64,000 nt of DNA from an uncultured Lachnospiraceae bacterium. GTDB taxonomy: Bacteria; Bacillota; Clostridia; Lachnospirales; Lachnospiraceae. Below are positions 19,624-29,021 of this stretch, one piece after another (the first letter of the stretch is position 1; every line of letters starts with the position of its first letter). Below the pieces are notes generated by a model that worked only from the letters and a program-made list of their open reading frames with translations, was not told the origin of the DNA and did no database searches. A program made the translations under genes and the position numbers. The stretch is from assembly GCA_900317825.1 (NCBI GenBank), contig ONIH01000003.1, positions 23,048 through 87,047 on the forward strand, in the 5' to 3' direction.

Positions 19624-20391
19624 TCACTTTTTAAAGACTCCGAAAAGTCCTTTTTTCTTTGGTTCCGGTCCGTTCTGGCTTCCGTCCTTCCAGTCAAAGT
19701 ACTCTCGGTCTAAGTCGTCGAGATTTATCTGGCTTTCAATCTTCTCAGAGAGATCATCGGTCTCTATTCCGTCAGCCACCGTGCCCTTTGGTATGTCTCC
19801 TCCCTGGAAAAATGCCGGGTTCACATGAATCTCCGGTTTGACGTTTGCATACGAAGGCTCATCAGCTTCCTCGGTAAATTCACCGGACTCCTGCTCTTTC
19901 TCAAGGCGCTTGTTCTCTTCTTCAATAAGCCTTAAGTATTCCTGCGTATCCTTCAGATCTGACAGCTGGCCTTTGAGCTCGTACTGGTTTTTCTTTATTT
20001 TTTTCTTCTCATCGTCGATCTGCTCCATCATATCCGAGTGGATCTGATCTATCTTCTTCGAAGCGTCGGTTACGATGTCGCTTATCAGATTCAGGGCGTG
20101 GTCCGAATACATCAGCGAACCTGCGTAGATGTCTTCTGCCTTTTTCCTGGCTCTCTCCTCAGTCAGATCTGCCTGCTTCTGCTGGCTTCTCTCGGCCTGC
20201 TGCCTGCTCGACTTCGTCAGCTCACTTTCGTCAAGCATTGCATACAGACAGTCGCCCAGCTCCTTCAGGAGCGACTGGGCTTCGTCTTTGTCTATGATGA
20301 TCTTTGAGTTGCTCCCAGGCTCAGACTCAGCATTCGCAATCAGAATGTGCATCGCCCGGAGAGCATCTTCAGTTCTGTCCTGTGCGCTCAT
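19624..20391 (-). CDS. Coiled-coil hypothetical protein with a C-terminal basic/hydrophobic tail
   Basis: 255 aa ORF in frame with the operon, heptad-rich, ends PKKKGLFGVFKK. Confidence 0.7.
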   Translation of the reverse strand: MSAQDRTEDALRAMHILIANAESEPGSNSKIIIDKDEAQSLLKELGDCLYAMLDESELTKSSRQQAERSQQKQADLTEERARKKAEDIYAGSLMYSDHALNLISDIVTDASKKIDQIHSDMMEQIDDEKKKIKKNQYELKGQLSDLKDTQEYLRLIEEENKRLEKEQESGEFTEEADEPSYANVKPEIHVNPAFFQGGDIPKGTVADGIETDDLSEKIESQINLDDLDREYFDWKDGSQNGPEPKKKGLFGVFKK

Positions 20392-20392
20392 T

Positions 20393-21640
20393 TTAACCTC
20401 TAGTCACTTCCTCTGAAGGGAATGGTGTCAGCACTCTGCCGAGGATCCCGTTCAGATAAGCTATCATAACGCCGTAATTCGTGATAGGAACTCCCTGTGC
20501 AGTCGCCGTATCCAGCCTGTAGCGGATCTCCCTGACCGGAAGCATACAGCCCCCACAGTGGATGATCAGTGAATACGGTGACAGGTCCTCCGGAAAATCT
20601 CCGCCACTCGTAAACTCGAACCTGAAATCCTTTCCGGTCTTTTCCTTAATCCATCTCGGGAGCTTTTCTGTACCGATATCACCACACTGTCTGTGATGTG
20701 TGCATCCCTCGCAGATAAGTATCGTGTCGCCGTCCTTCAGGTTCGCGAGTTCCTTTGCACTCCTGGTCTGAAGCGCCAGGTCACCCTTGTATCTGCTCAT
20801 CAGTATCGAAAAAGATGTCAGTGGCGTGCTTTCCGGCACTATCTTTGCCACTTCGGCAAAGACCTGCGAGTCAGTGATCACGAGCTTCGGCTGTTTTTTA
20901 AGGCTCATAAGGAGCCTCTCCAGCTCCCTGACCTGTGACATGGCGACCATTCCGTTTGCGTCGAGAATGTCCCTTATCACCTGCTGCTGCGGAAGGATCA
21001 GCCTTCCCTTAGGCGCCGAAGCATCTACAGGGATCACGAGAACTACCATATCTCCCGGAGCTATCAGGTCCCTGATCAGGTAACGCTCGTCCTTATGCTC
21101 GTTCGCGAGCTTCGCTATCTCTATCCTTAAAAAATTCGCGCTGACCTTCGGATTCTCGACAGTGCTTAAAAGCATTATCTTCTCCGGCTTTTCACCGAGA
21201 GCCTCAGCTAAGTCCTGTTTCACCTGAATCTTATTCGCGTCGCGCAGAAGGTCGGATTTATTCGCTACGATAAGGTAGGGGATAGTCCGCTTGTTAAACT
21301 CCGCGAGGATCTCTTTTTCGAGAGTGAACTCATAGCTGTCCGCTTCAACAACCAGGATAGCTATATCCGTGCGCCTTAAAACCTTTTTGGTCTGGTCGAC
21401 TCTCTTCTGCCCGAGCTCACCGTAATCGTCGATCCCGGGCGTATCTATAAAAGTCACCGGTCCGATAGGAAGAAGCTCCATCGATTTACTGACCGGATCA
21501 GTAGTAGTTCCCTTTACATCAGATACCACGGCCATCGGCTGTCCTGCCAGAAGATTCAGTATCGATGATTTCCCGGCATTCCGTCTCCCGATAATGCCTA
21601 TCTGCAGTCTCTCTCCAGTCGGAGTGTCATTAAGTCCCAT
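20393..21640 (-). CDS. hydF: [FeFe]-hydrogenase H-cluster maturation GTPase HydF
   Basis: GRRNAGKSS, GTTTDPV, DTPG, ANKSD, CTHH and HCGGC cluster ligands. Confidence 0.93.
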   Translation of the reverse strand: MGLNDTPTGERLQIGIIGRRNAGKSSILNLLAGQPMAVVSDVKGTTTDPVSKSMELLPIGPVTFIDTPGIDDYGELGQKRVDQTKKVLRRTDIAILVVEADSYEFTLEKEILAEFNKRTIPYLIVANKSDLLRDANKIQVKQDLAEALGEKPEKIMLLSTVENPKVSANFLRIEIAKLANEHKDERYLIRDLIAPGDMVVLVIPVDASAPKGRLILPQQQVIRDILDANGMVAMSQVRELERLLMSLKKQPKLVITDSQVFAEVAKIVPESTPLTSFSILMSRYKGDLALQTRSAKELANLKDGDTILICEGCTHHRQCGDIGTEKLPRWIKEKTGKDFRFEFTSGGDFPEDLSPYSLIIHCGGCMLPVREIRYRLDTATAQGVPITNYGVMIAYLNGILGRVLTPFPSEEVTRG

Positions 21641-21714
21641 TTAAAGCCTCCTGATATTTTTTCATACAGTGTCTTTTATTTTATCATAAAAATCCCTATG
21701 AAAAAAGAGACTTG

Positions 21715-21743
21715 TTGACATAGTACTTAGAAAAATGTAAAAT
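21715..21743 (+). promoter_or_regulatory. SigA promoter of SRP RNA
   Basis: Perfect TTGACA-N17-TAAAAT. Confidence 0.9.
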
Positions 21744-21751
21744 AGACGGCA

Positions 21752-22019
21752 GCCGAGCAGCCGGGGGATCAGCGGTCCCCTGTACCGGAATATCCGCTAT
21801 ACGCCGGGGTGATTTCTGTTCGAGGGCTTTCTGAAGCGATAGCTGCCCTGAGTAAGTGGCGTTGATATCCGGGTCCCGCGCAATGGGTGCCTGTGAACCG
21901 TGTCAGGTCAGGAATGAAGCAGCACTAAGCAGGATTTCTCATGTGCCGCGGGGGCGCCTGGGTTGAGTTAACTGCACAGGTAACGTATTGCGACAGGGGT
22001 TCGACAGCAGAAGCCCGGC
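21752..22019 (+). ncRNA. ffs: Large bacterial SRP RNA (scRNA, with Alu domain)
   Basis: Helix 8 TCAGGTCA-GGAA-TGAAGCAGCA, Alu-domain CAGCGGTCCCCTGTACC, ends GCCGAGC/GCCCGGC pair, followed by a T run. Confidence 0.93.
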
Positions 22020-22031
22020 CTTTTTTATTGC

Positions 22032-22064
22032 AAAAAACGGGGCGTGCCTGGTGGCACGCCCTGT
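22032..22064 (-). terminator. Terminator after the GNAT gene (convergent with ffs)
   Basis: GGGCGTGCC-N4-GGCACGCCC hairpin with A6 on the plus strand (U6 on the minus). Confidence 0.8.
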
Positions 22065-22607
22065 TCAGTCGTCTCTTACATACAGATACTCGTCGAGTTT
22101 CTGACCATTCAGTTTCGTGTGGCCTTCGAGTAAGGCCGTCCTCTTAAAGCCCAGTCCAGAAAGCAGATTCTGCGAAGGCCTGTTAGTCGTCAGGACTTCC
22201 GCTCTTATATGCCTGACTCCGTATTCTCTCTCGACTATAGGAATTAGTGCCGAGAGTGACTCCTTTGCGAAGCCCCTTCTCCTGAACTCCAGATCTACCT
22301 TATAACCTACAGTAGTAGCTGCTTTTCCGTCTTTATCCAGTTCTCTGAAGCTCACAGTTCCGATGGTCCGGAACGGATCGTACTTCTGGAACATATAGTA
22401 CCGGATCCTCTTGCCGTCTTTCCGGTATCTGTCCTCTAGATCTAAGACCTTGCGCTGATAGCGGGTCGAAAGTGACTGTCTTCTGACGAGCGGCTCATAC
22501 TTGGCGAAGTCGCTGAAATTCCTGCTGTAAAAAGCTGCTACGATCACCGCTTCAGTCGGCTTTAGGACGCGCAGGATCAGGTGCTCGGTTTCTATCCTGT
22601 TCTGCAT
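22065..22607 (-). CDS. GNAT acetyltransferase, RimJ/RimL family
   Basis: IETEHLILR, VGYKVD..FRRRGFAKE, NRPSQNLLSGLGF. Confidence 0.85.
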   Translation of the reverse strand: MQNRIETEHLILRVLKPTEAVIVAAFYSRNFSDFAKYEPLVRRQSLSTRYQRKVLDLEDRYRKDGKRIRYYMFQKYDPFRTIGTVSFRELDKDGKAATTVGYKVDLEFRRRGFAKESLSALIPIVEREYGVRHIRAEVLTTNRPSQNLLSGLGFKRTALLEGHTKLNGQKLDEYLYVRDD

Positions 22608-23278
22608 CAGTCCATTTTTATCGGAGGCTTGCCGACATCCTCTTCTGCAAGTCTCTTCTCCTCTCGAAGCTGCCTGAAAAATCCCGTGATCATGGCTGCA
22701 CAGTCATCATGGAGCACATCGTAAGTGATGTCGCACTGATGATTGAAACCCGGCTGTTTTAACAGGTTCATGACAGAGCCTGCGCATCCAGCCTTAGCAT
22801 TCTGAGTCCCGATGACTACTCTCGGGATCCTCGCCTGTACTATGGCGCCTGCACACATAGGACACGGTTCGAGCGTCACATAGAGCGTGCAGTCCTCGAG
22901 TCGCCAGTCACCCGTCTTTCTGCAGGCTTCCTTTATCGCGATAAGCTCGGCATGAGAGAGGACACTCTTGTCGTTATTCCGGCGATTGTATCCAGAGGCA
23001 ATGATCCTGCCGTTCCTTACTATGACACAACCTATCGGCACTTCACGGATAGCCGCAGCCCTTCTTCCCTGCTCTATAGCAGCCCGCATGAAGCGCTCAT
23101 CGGCTCTCTTCTGCCGGTCAGTGTCCTTCTGCGCCTGCTTTATCGCAGCCTGGCGTTCTCTCAGAGCCTGCTTTTCATCCTTGGCCTTCTGCTTTTCAGC
23201 ATTTTTGTCTTCTTTTGCCCTTTCGAGCTCGTCCTCGCGCATCTGCGCCTTTTCTCTCATTTTGTCAAAAATACTCAT
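22607..23278 (-). CDS. tadA: tRNA adenosine(34) deaminase TadA with an N-terminal charged extension
   Basis: EVPIGCVIV, HAELIAI, LYVTLEPCPMCAGAI; about 58 extra N-terminal residues. Confidence 0.9.
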   Translation of the reverse strand: MSIFDKMREKAQMREDELERAKEDKNAEKQKAKDEKQALRERQAAIKQAQKDTDRQKRADERFMRAAIEQGRRAAAIREVPIGCVIVRNGRIIASGYNRRNNDKSVLSHAELIAIKEACRKTGDWRLEDCTLYVTLEPCPMCAGAIVQARIPRVVIGTQNAKAGCAGSVMNLLKQPGFNHQCDITYDVLHDDCAAMITGFFRQLREEKRLAEEDVGKPPIKMD

Positions 23279-23547
23279 TGCTTCTCCTTCTCCCGTCCCT
23301 CTATCAGCTTATCTTTCTGTCTGCGGCTGAGCTGCTTTATCAGCGCCTCCCGCGACATAGCGTCGTGCTTTGTATCATGCTTCTCAAAATACACCAGTGT
23401 CACCGGTCTTCTCGACCTCGTGTACTTCGCGCCATTTTTTCCTTCGTTGTGCTCGTGAAGCCTCTTCTTCAGGTTCGTCGTATAACCTGTATACAGGCTG
23501 TCGTCTGAGCACCTGACTATATATGTATAGTAAGCCTTAGTTTCCAT
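23275..23547 (-). CDS. Small GIY-YIG nuclease (YazA/UPF0213-like)
   Basis: YTYIVRCSDDSLYTGYTT..RLHEHN.G.GAKYTR.RRPV. Confidence 0.9.
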   Translation of the reverse strand: METKAYYTYIVRCSDDSLYTGYTTNLKKRLHEHNEGKNGAKYTRSRRPVTLVYFEKHDTKHDAMSREALIKQLSRRQKDKLIEGREKEKQ

Positions 23548-25207
23548 CTTCCATTTCGGTGACCAGAACACCTTCGGAATTATCTGTCCTTCCGTTAGTG
23601 TAAATCGGCAGATGACCGACCATTATGCTGTTTCTGGTCTTCGTCTTTACCTTATATAAAAGGCCATCCGCTTCATGTAAAAAATGCCAGACACTGCCGT
23701 CTTCCTCCGGAATGCCCCAGTAGACTCCCTGTGAGATAGTCACGAACTTTGAACTCGTGCGCGAATACTCGTGGACTATGTGTCCTTTATTTATGATCTG
23801 CTTCAGCTCTTTTGCCAGGGCAAAGACTTCCTGCTCCGTGTAGTTCTCATATATAAGAACAAACTCATCGCCACCGTATCTCGCCGCGAAAATATTGTGG
23901 TCTTTCTGCAGTTTTCTGATGCAATCGGCTATGTACTGGATCACCCGGTCACCGGCCTGATGTCCGTAGTTATCATTATACTCCTTGAAAAAATCGATAT
24001 CGAGTATCTCGACTGCGATTCCGGTATGATTCTTGAGTCCGCGCCTGAAGGCTACGTCTCCGTATCTGTTCAGTCGGAAACGGTTGTACATGCCGGTCAG
24101 CGGATCAGTCTCGCTCTTTTTCTCAAATGATCTGGACTCCGCATAGATCAGGCTGTTCTCCTCAGAAAGCCTGTAGAAGCTCTGGCGCAGCTTTATCATG
24201 CTCTTTATCATCAGGTCATTCTCATGGACCATTATCTGCTCGTTTTCGTAGAACTTTACCGCAGCCTTTTTATAACTGTCCATGTCTCCAATGCAGCTGT
24301 AGAACTGGAGGAGCAGGTCCAGAAGTCTCTGCTCCATATGTTTGATGGCGGTCTTCTCAGCCATTGCATTTATAGGGGCGAGCAGGCTTGAAAAAGTGGT
24401 ATAATCCCCAGTCTCCAGCAGGAGTGACAGGAAATCATACAGATCATCGAAAAAATCCATGATCGCGAGGTTCGGTGAAAAGGCTCCGATGACTTTTCTT
24501 ATGGCATGGTTCTTTTCATCCGGGGCATTTTTTTCACTATAATAACGGGCCAGAAAGCAGTAGACATTTATCTCCTCGTCTTTCGTCAGGTAAGGCGTGC
24601 ACTGAACTTCGATGATGGCTTCATACCTGGAAGCTGTCGTCATATCGTCTTTCTGCATGTAGCTTCTGCCAAGCCCGACAGCCACAGCCGTCAGAGACTG
24701 GCGGAATGAAGGCATTTCCTTATGGTCGAGAATATACCTGTAGGCTATGTCATAGTGCTTTATCGCCTCATCCGGACTTCCGACCGACAGGAATAGAGCG
24801 CCCATATTCATCTGGACTACCCACTCTATATCGGGCAGGCTGTACTGCTTGCAGATGGACTCCGCCCTGTAGTAATAGTCGAGAGCAAAAGGCGCATTTC
24901 CACGGTTTAAAGACATGATACCGAGCATATTATCGGCCATTGCCAGGTAGCCCCACTCCCCGATGTGCTCGAACGGCTCCATGCACTTTAGCATCTCGCG
25001 GTAAAATCCGACTACATCGTTCCGGTGATAGTACAGCTCACCCCTGACAAAGCAGGCGTACCCTATCAGAGCATCGTCGTTCTGCGCAGTCCCGTACTCC
25101 TCGAGCTTGTCGCACAAGGTCACAGTCCTGTCACTATAAGTCTCTTTTTCCCGATTTATCTCTCTGATCAGGGAGGCTATTTCTGTCCTGTATGACGATA
25201 TATCCAA
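23537..25207 (-). CDS. TPR-domain diguanylate cyclase
   Basis: TDPLTGMYNR, DIDFFKEYNDNYGHQAGD, ARYGGDEF. Confidence 0.9.
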   Translation of the reverse strand: MDISSYRTEIASLIREINREKETYSDRTVTLCDKLEEYGTAQNDDALIGYACFVRGELYYHRNDVVGFYREMLKCMEPFEHIGEWGYLAMADNMLGIMSLNRGNAPFALDYYYRAESICKQYSLPDIEWVVQMNMGALFLSVGSPDEAIKHYDIAYRYILDHKEMPSFRQSLTAVAVGLGRSYMQKDDMTTASRYEAIIEVQCTPYLTKDEEINVYCFLARYYSEKNAPDEKNHAIRKVIGAFSPNLAIMDFFDDLYDFLSLLLETGDYTTFSSLLAPINAMAEKTAIKHMEQRLLDLLLQFYSCIGDMDSYKKAAVKFYENEQIMVHENDLMIKSMIKLRQSFYRLSEENSLIYAESRSFEKKSETDPLTGMYNRFRLNRYGDVAFRRGLKNHTGIAVEILDIDFFKEYNDNYGHQAGDRVIQYIADCIRKLQKDHNIFAARYGGDEFVLIYENYTEQEVFALAKELKQIINKGHIVHEYSRTSSKFVTISQGVYWGIPEEDGSVWHFLHEADGLLYKVKTKTRNSIMVGHLPIYTNGRTDNSEGVLVTEMEDGN

Positions 25208-26071
25208 TTATTTTACCTTTAGTACTTCTGTAAGCCTAATAAAATCATCGAGTGTCAGTACTTCTGCGCGCCATGTAGTCGTAATGCAGGAATTCCACAT
25301 CGCGTCTTCCATCTCCTGTTTGGACAGATCAGATATCCCTGCGTTGTATATAGCATTTATCAGTGTCTTGCGCCTCTGGTTAAAGGCTGCTCTGACCGTC
25401 CTGAAAAGCGGTCCCTGGATTTTTTTCTGTTCCTCGGTCAGTTCCTTGCGATGAAGGGTTATGACAGCCGATTCCACCTTCGGTCTCGGCACGAAGCTCT
25501 CAGGCTTCACCGTAAAAAGTATCTCAGGCTCCGTGTAAAATTCGACCGCGAGCGTCAGAGCTCCGTATTCCGAAGTCCCCGGCTTCGCCTGCATTCTCTC
25601 GGCCACTTCCTTCTGCACCATGACAGTTATCGAATCGAAAGGAATGTCCTTCTGAAGGATGCCTAGAATGATCGGAGTCGTGATGTAGTAGGGCAGATTT
25701 GCCACGAACTTCACAGGTCCGGTTATTTTTTCCTCTTCGAAAAGTTTGTCGAAGTCCACATCCAGCACGTCGTCATTTATGATCGTGACATTGTCGTAAG
25801 CAGACAGAGTATCGTGAAGTATAGGTACAAGCCTGTCATCTAATTCAATGCAGATGACCCTGCCTGCTGCTTCAGCCAGGTACTGTGTCAGAGAGCCAAC
25901 GCCAGGGCCTATCTCTATGACAGTATCATACTCAGTGACTTCGGCGCCTTCTACGATATCCTCAAGCACATGCGAGTCGATCAGAAAGTTCTGACCGTAT
26001 TTTTTCTTGAAATGGAAGTCGTACTTATTCAGGACCTCCATCGTCTTATGGTAATTATCAAGCTCCGGCAT
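25208..26071 (-). CDS. rsmA: 16S rRNA dimethyladenosine transferase
   Basis: KKKYGQNFL, EIGPGVGSLT, VANLPYYITTPI, FVPRPKVESAV, FNQRRKTL. Confidence 0.96.
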   Translation of the reverse strand: MPELDNYHKTMEVLNKYDFHFKKKYGQNFLIDSHVLEDIVEGAEVTEYDTVIEIGPGVGSLTQYLAEAAGRVICIELDDRLVPILHDTLSAYDNVTIINDDVLDVDFDKLFEEEKITGPVKFVANLPYYITTPIILGILQKDIPFDSITVMVQKEVAERMQAKPGTSEYGALTLAVEFYTEPEILFTVKPESFVPRPKVESAVITLHRKELTEEQKKIQGPLFRTVRAAFNQRRKTLINAIYNAGISDLSKQEMEDAMWNSCITTTWRAEVLTLDDFIRLTEVLKVK

Positions 26072-26955
26072 TAGTCCCCCTTATGCGGTTTTCTTATCCT
26101 GTAAAAATCGTATCCGTTTTCTTTCGTCGTCTCCATGACCCTGTACTCGGTCTCTTCCTTTATCTGAGCTATGCGCTTTATGATGTAAGGCAGGTAACCC
26201 GAGTCGTTCCTCATGCCACGGAAAGGCTCCGGTGCCATGTAAGGACAGTCAGTCTCCACAAGGATCCTCTCGAGAGGAATTACCTTTACGACTTCCTTGA
26301 GTTTCTTGCCATTTTTAAAAGTGACAACTCCTCCGACTCCGATATAACATCCCAGGTCAATGTATTCGCGAGCCTGTTCAGGAGAGTATGAATAGCTGTG
26401 AATTACCGCTTTCACACTGCCAGCACAGGCTTCCCTCATGATATTCATCGTATCCTCGGCGGCTTCGCGCGAATGCACTATGACCGGCAGGTCCATTTCC
26501 CTGGCGAGCTCCAGCTGAGCCTTAAAAAAATACTTCTGCCAGGCTTTTGCCTTCTCGTCCTTTACCCAGTAGTAGTCCAGGCCTATCTCGCCTATCGACA
26601 CGCACCTGTCATCCTGCGCCATCCGGACGATTTCCTGCATCACAGGATTTTCATGCCAGTCAGCATCAGTCGGGAAGTCAGCAGGATAGAAATTCGTGCA
26701 TTCCCTGCCGTCTACTTCTTCCTTTATCAGCTGCCCCGGAATCCCGAAATCCTTTATCTCTTCAGGGTGGATTCCTACAGCCGCATAGATAAAACCGTGC
26801 GACTTCGCCAGTTCCAGAGCCTGCCTGCTGCTCTCAAGGGTCGAGCCGACATCGACTATCGTCTCTATCAGCCCGCCATGCAGCTTCTGCAGGAGTTCCT
26901 CCCTGTCCTCGTCAAAGGCCGGATCCTCGTAATGCGCGTGCGACTCGAATATCAT
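26071..26955 (-). CDS. tatD: TatD family hydrolase
   Basis: ESHAH, GIHP, IGEIGLDYY, VHSREA, HSYS, ETDCPYMAP. Confidence 0.93.
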   Translation of the reverse strand: MIFESHAHYEDPAFDEDREELLQKLHGGLIETIVDVGSTLESSRQALELAKSHGFIYAAVGIHPEEIKDFGIPGQLIKEEVDGRECTNFYPADFPTDADWHENPVMQEIVRMAQDDRCVSIGEIGLDYYWVKDEKAKAWQKYFFKAQLELAREMDLPVIVHSREAAEDTMNIMREACAGSVKAVIHSYSYSPEQAREYIDLGCYIGVGGVVTFKNGKKLKEVVKVIPLERILVETDCPYMAPEPFRGMRNDSGYLPYIIKRIAQIKEETEYRVMETTKENGYDFYRIRKPHKGD

Positions 26956-29009
26956 GAAATCTCTGCTCCGGACGGCATGTCCTTCTCAGGAGCTATGAGT
27001 GCCAGCTTTCCGTCAGCATCCTCTGCGCAGAGAAGCATTCCCTGTGACTCAACTCCGGCGAGCTTTGCCGGTGCCAGATTCGTAAGGACCATGACCTTCT
27101 TTCCGACCATTTCCTCTGCAGAGTAGTACTTCTTGATACCGGAAACTATCTGGAGAGTTTCCGAGCCTACCTGAACCTGTGAACAGAGCAGCTTCTTCGA
27201 CTTCGGTACTTCCTCGCACTTCAGGATCTTTCCTACACGGAACTGCAGCTTTGAAAAATCATCGTAGGTAATCTGCGGCTTCTTCTCCACATCGATCACA
27301 GCTTCGTCAGAATCCTCCTCTACAGCTCCTGTCTTTTTATCACCTTTGAGGCTTGAAGCGTTGAGCTTTCCGGCCTTTTTCAGGTTCTCATAGGCAATGG
27401 CCTGCTGCTTCTTGAACTCTTCCTTCTGCTTTTTCGTGATCTCCTCGGTCTGCTTTAAGACTTCGTTTACATCCTTTCTCGCAAAGAGCATCTCAGGCTT
27501 ATCGATCACCTTCGTGCCTGAAGGGTAGAGACCTGTCTTATCACAGTCATCAAAGTCGCGGAGCTCAGTGTTGAACTGCTTTGCGATATTCTCAGCCGTG
27601 TCAGGCAGGAACGGATAGAGCAGTGATGCTCCGGTGATGATACCGTCGGCCAGGTTATAGAGTACAGTCGATAGTCTGTCAGACTTCGCCTCGTCCTTTG
27701 CCAGAACCCACGGTTCTGTCTCGTCTATGTATTTATTCAGTCGTTTAAAAATCTTAAAAATCTCTGTCAGCGCATCTGCTGCATGGAGTGTATCCATTTT
27801 TTCGATGCAGATGTCACGGGCACCAGTGACTACCGCCTTCAGGTCATCGTCTACAGGCTCTGCAGCTCCTTTGTCGGCCATTACTCCGTCGAAGTATTTG
27901 TTCGACATAGATAGAGCACGCTGGACGAGGTTCCCAAGAGTATTCGCGAGGTCTGAGTTATAACGCTCGACCATCAGCTCCCAGGTGATCACACCATCGT
28001 TCTCATATGGCATCTCATGGAGACAGAAGTAGCGGACAGCATCAACTCCGAACAGGTCGATCATATCATCGGCGTAGATGACATTTCCTTTGGACTTTGA
28101 CATCTTCTCGCCGCCCTGAAGGAGCCACGGATGTCCGAATACCTGTTTCGGAAGCGGCTCGCCTAAAGCCATCAGGAAGATAGGCCAGTAGATGGTATGG
28201 AAACGGACGATATCCTTTCCGATCAGATGAAGGTCGGCCGGCCAGTACTTCTTATATAAAGGACCGCTCTCTCCATCCGGATCATAACCCAGACCGGTAA
28301 TATAGTTTGAAAGAGCGTCGAGCCATACGTACACTACGTGCTTTGAGTCGAAATCAACCGGAATTCCCCACTTGAATGAACTTCTCGAAACGCATAGGTC
28401 CTGAAGCCCCGGAAGAAGGAAGTTGTTCATCATCTCATTTTTTCTGGAGACAGGCTGAATGAACTCCGGATGCGCATTTATATAGTCGATCAGCTTCGGA
28501 GCGTATTTGCTCATCTTGAAAAAATAAGCCTCTTCGGACATCTGGTGCACTTCGCTACCGCAGACCGGGCACCTGCCGTCATCAGTCAGCTGGGACTCCG
28601 TGTAGAAAGCCTCGCACTCGGTACAGTACATACCGTCATATGAGCCCTTGTAGATGTCGCCCTGATCGTAGAGTTTCTTAAAGATCTTCTGGACGCACTT
28701 CACATGATCCTCGTCAGTCGTTCTGATGAAACGGTCGTATGAAGTATTGCACATATCCCATAAGCGCTTGATCTCAGCAGCTGTCTTATCCACGAACTCC
28801 TTCGGAGAGCAGCCGTCCTCGATGGCGCGGGTCTCTATCTTCTGGCCGTGCTCATCAGATCCGGTCTGAAAATATACGTCGTATCCTTCTTTTCTCTTGA
28901 AACGGGCGATCGCATCCGCAAGTATGATCTCATAGGTATTTCCGATATGAGGCTTTCCCGATGTGTATGCTATCGCTGTAGTGATATAGTATGGTCCTTT
29001 GTTCTTCAA
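26952..29009 (-). CDS. metG: Methionine--tRNA ligase
   Basis: HIGN, KMSKS, knuckle CTEC..CPVC, C-terminal tRNA-binding OB domain. Confidence 0.97.
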   Translation of the reverse strand: MKNKGPYYITTAIAYTSGKPHIGNTYEIILADAIARFKRKEGYDVYFQTGSDEHGQKIETRAIEDGCSPKEFVDKTAAEIKRLWDMCNTSYDRFIRTTDEDHVKCVQKIFKKLYDQGDIYKGSYDGMYCTECEAFYTESQLTDDGRCPVCGSEVHQMSEEAYFFKMSKYAPKLIDYINAHPEFIQPVSRKNEMMNNFLLPGLQDLCVSRSSFKWGIPVDFDSKHVVYVWLDALSNYITGLGYDPDGESGPLYKKYWPADLHLIGKDIVRFHTIYWPIFLMALGEPLPKQVFGHPWLLQGGEKMSKSKGNVIYADDMIDLFGVDAVRYFCLHEMPYENDGVITWELMVERYNSDLANTLGNLVQRALSMSNKYFDGVMADKGAAEPVDDDLKAVVTGARDICIEKMDTLHAADALTEIFKIFKRLNKYIDETEPWVLAKDEAKSDRLSTVLYNLADGIITGASLLYPFLPDTAENIAKQFNTELRDFDDCDKTGLYPSGTKVIDKPEMLFARKDVNEVLKQTEEITKKQKEEFKKQQAIAYENLKKAGKLNASSLKGDKKTGAVEEDSDEAVIDVEKKPQITYDDFSKLQFRVGKILKCEEVPKSKKLLCSQVQVGSETLQIVSGIKKYYSAEEMVGKKVMVLTNLAPAKLAGVESQGMLLCAEDADGKLALIAPEKDMPSGAEIS

Positions 29010-29021
29010 ACTAAAAACTCC

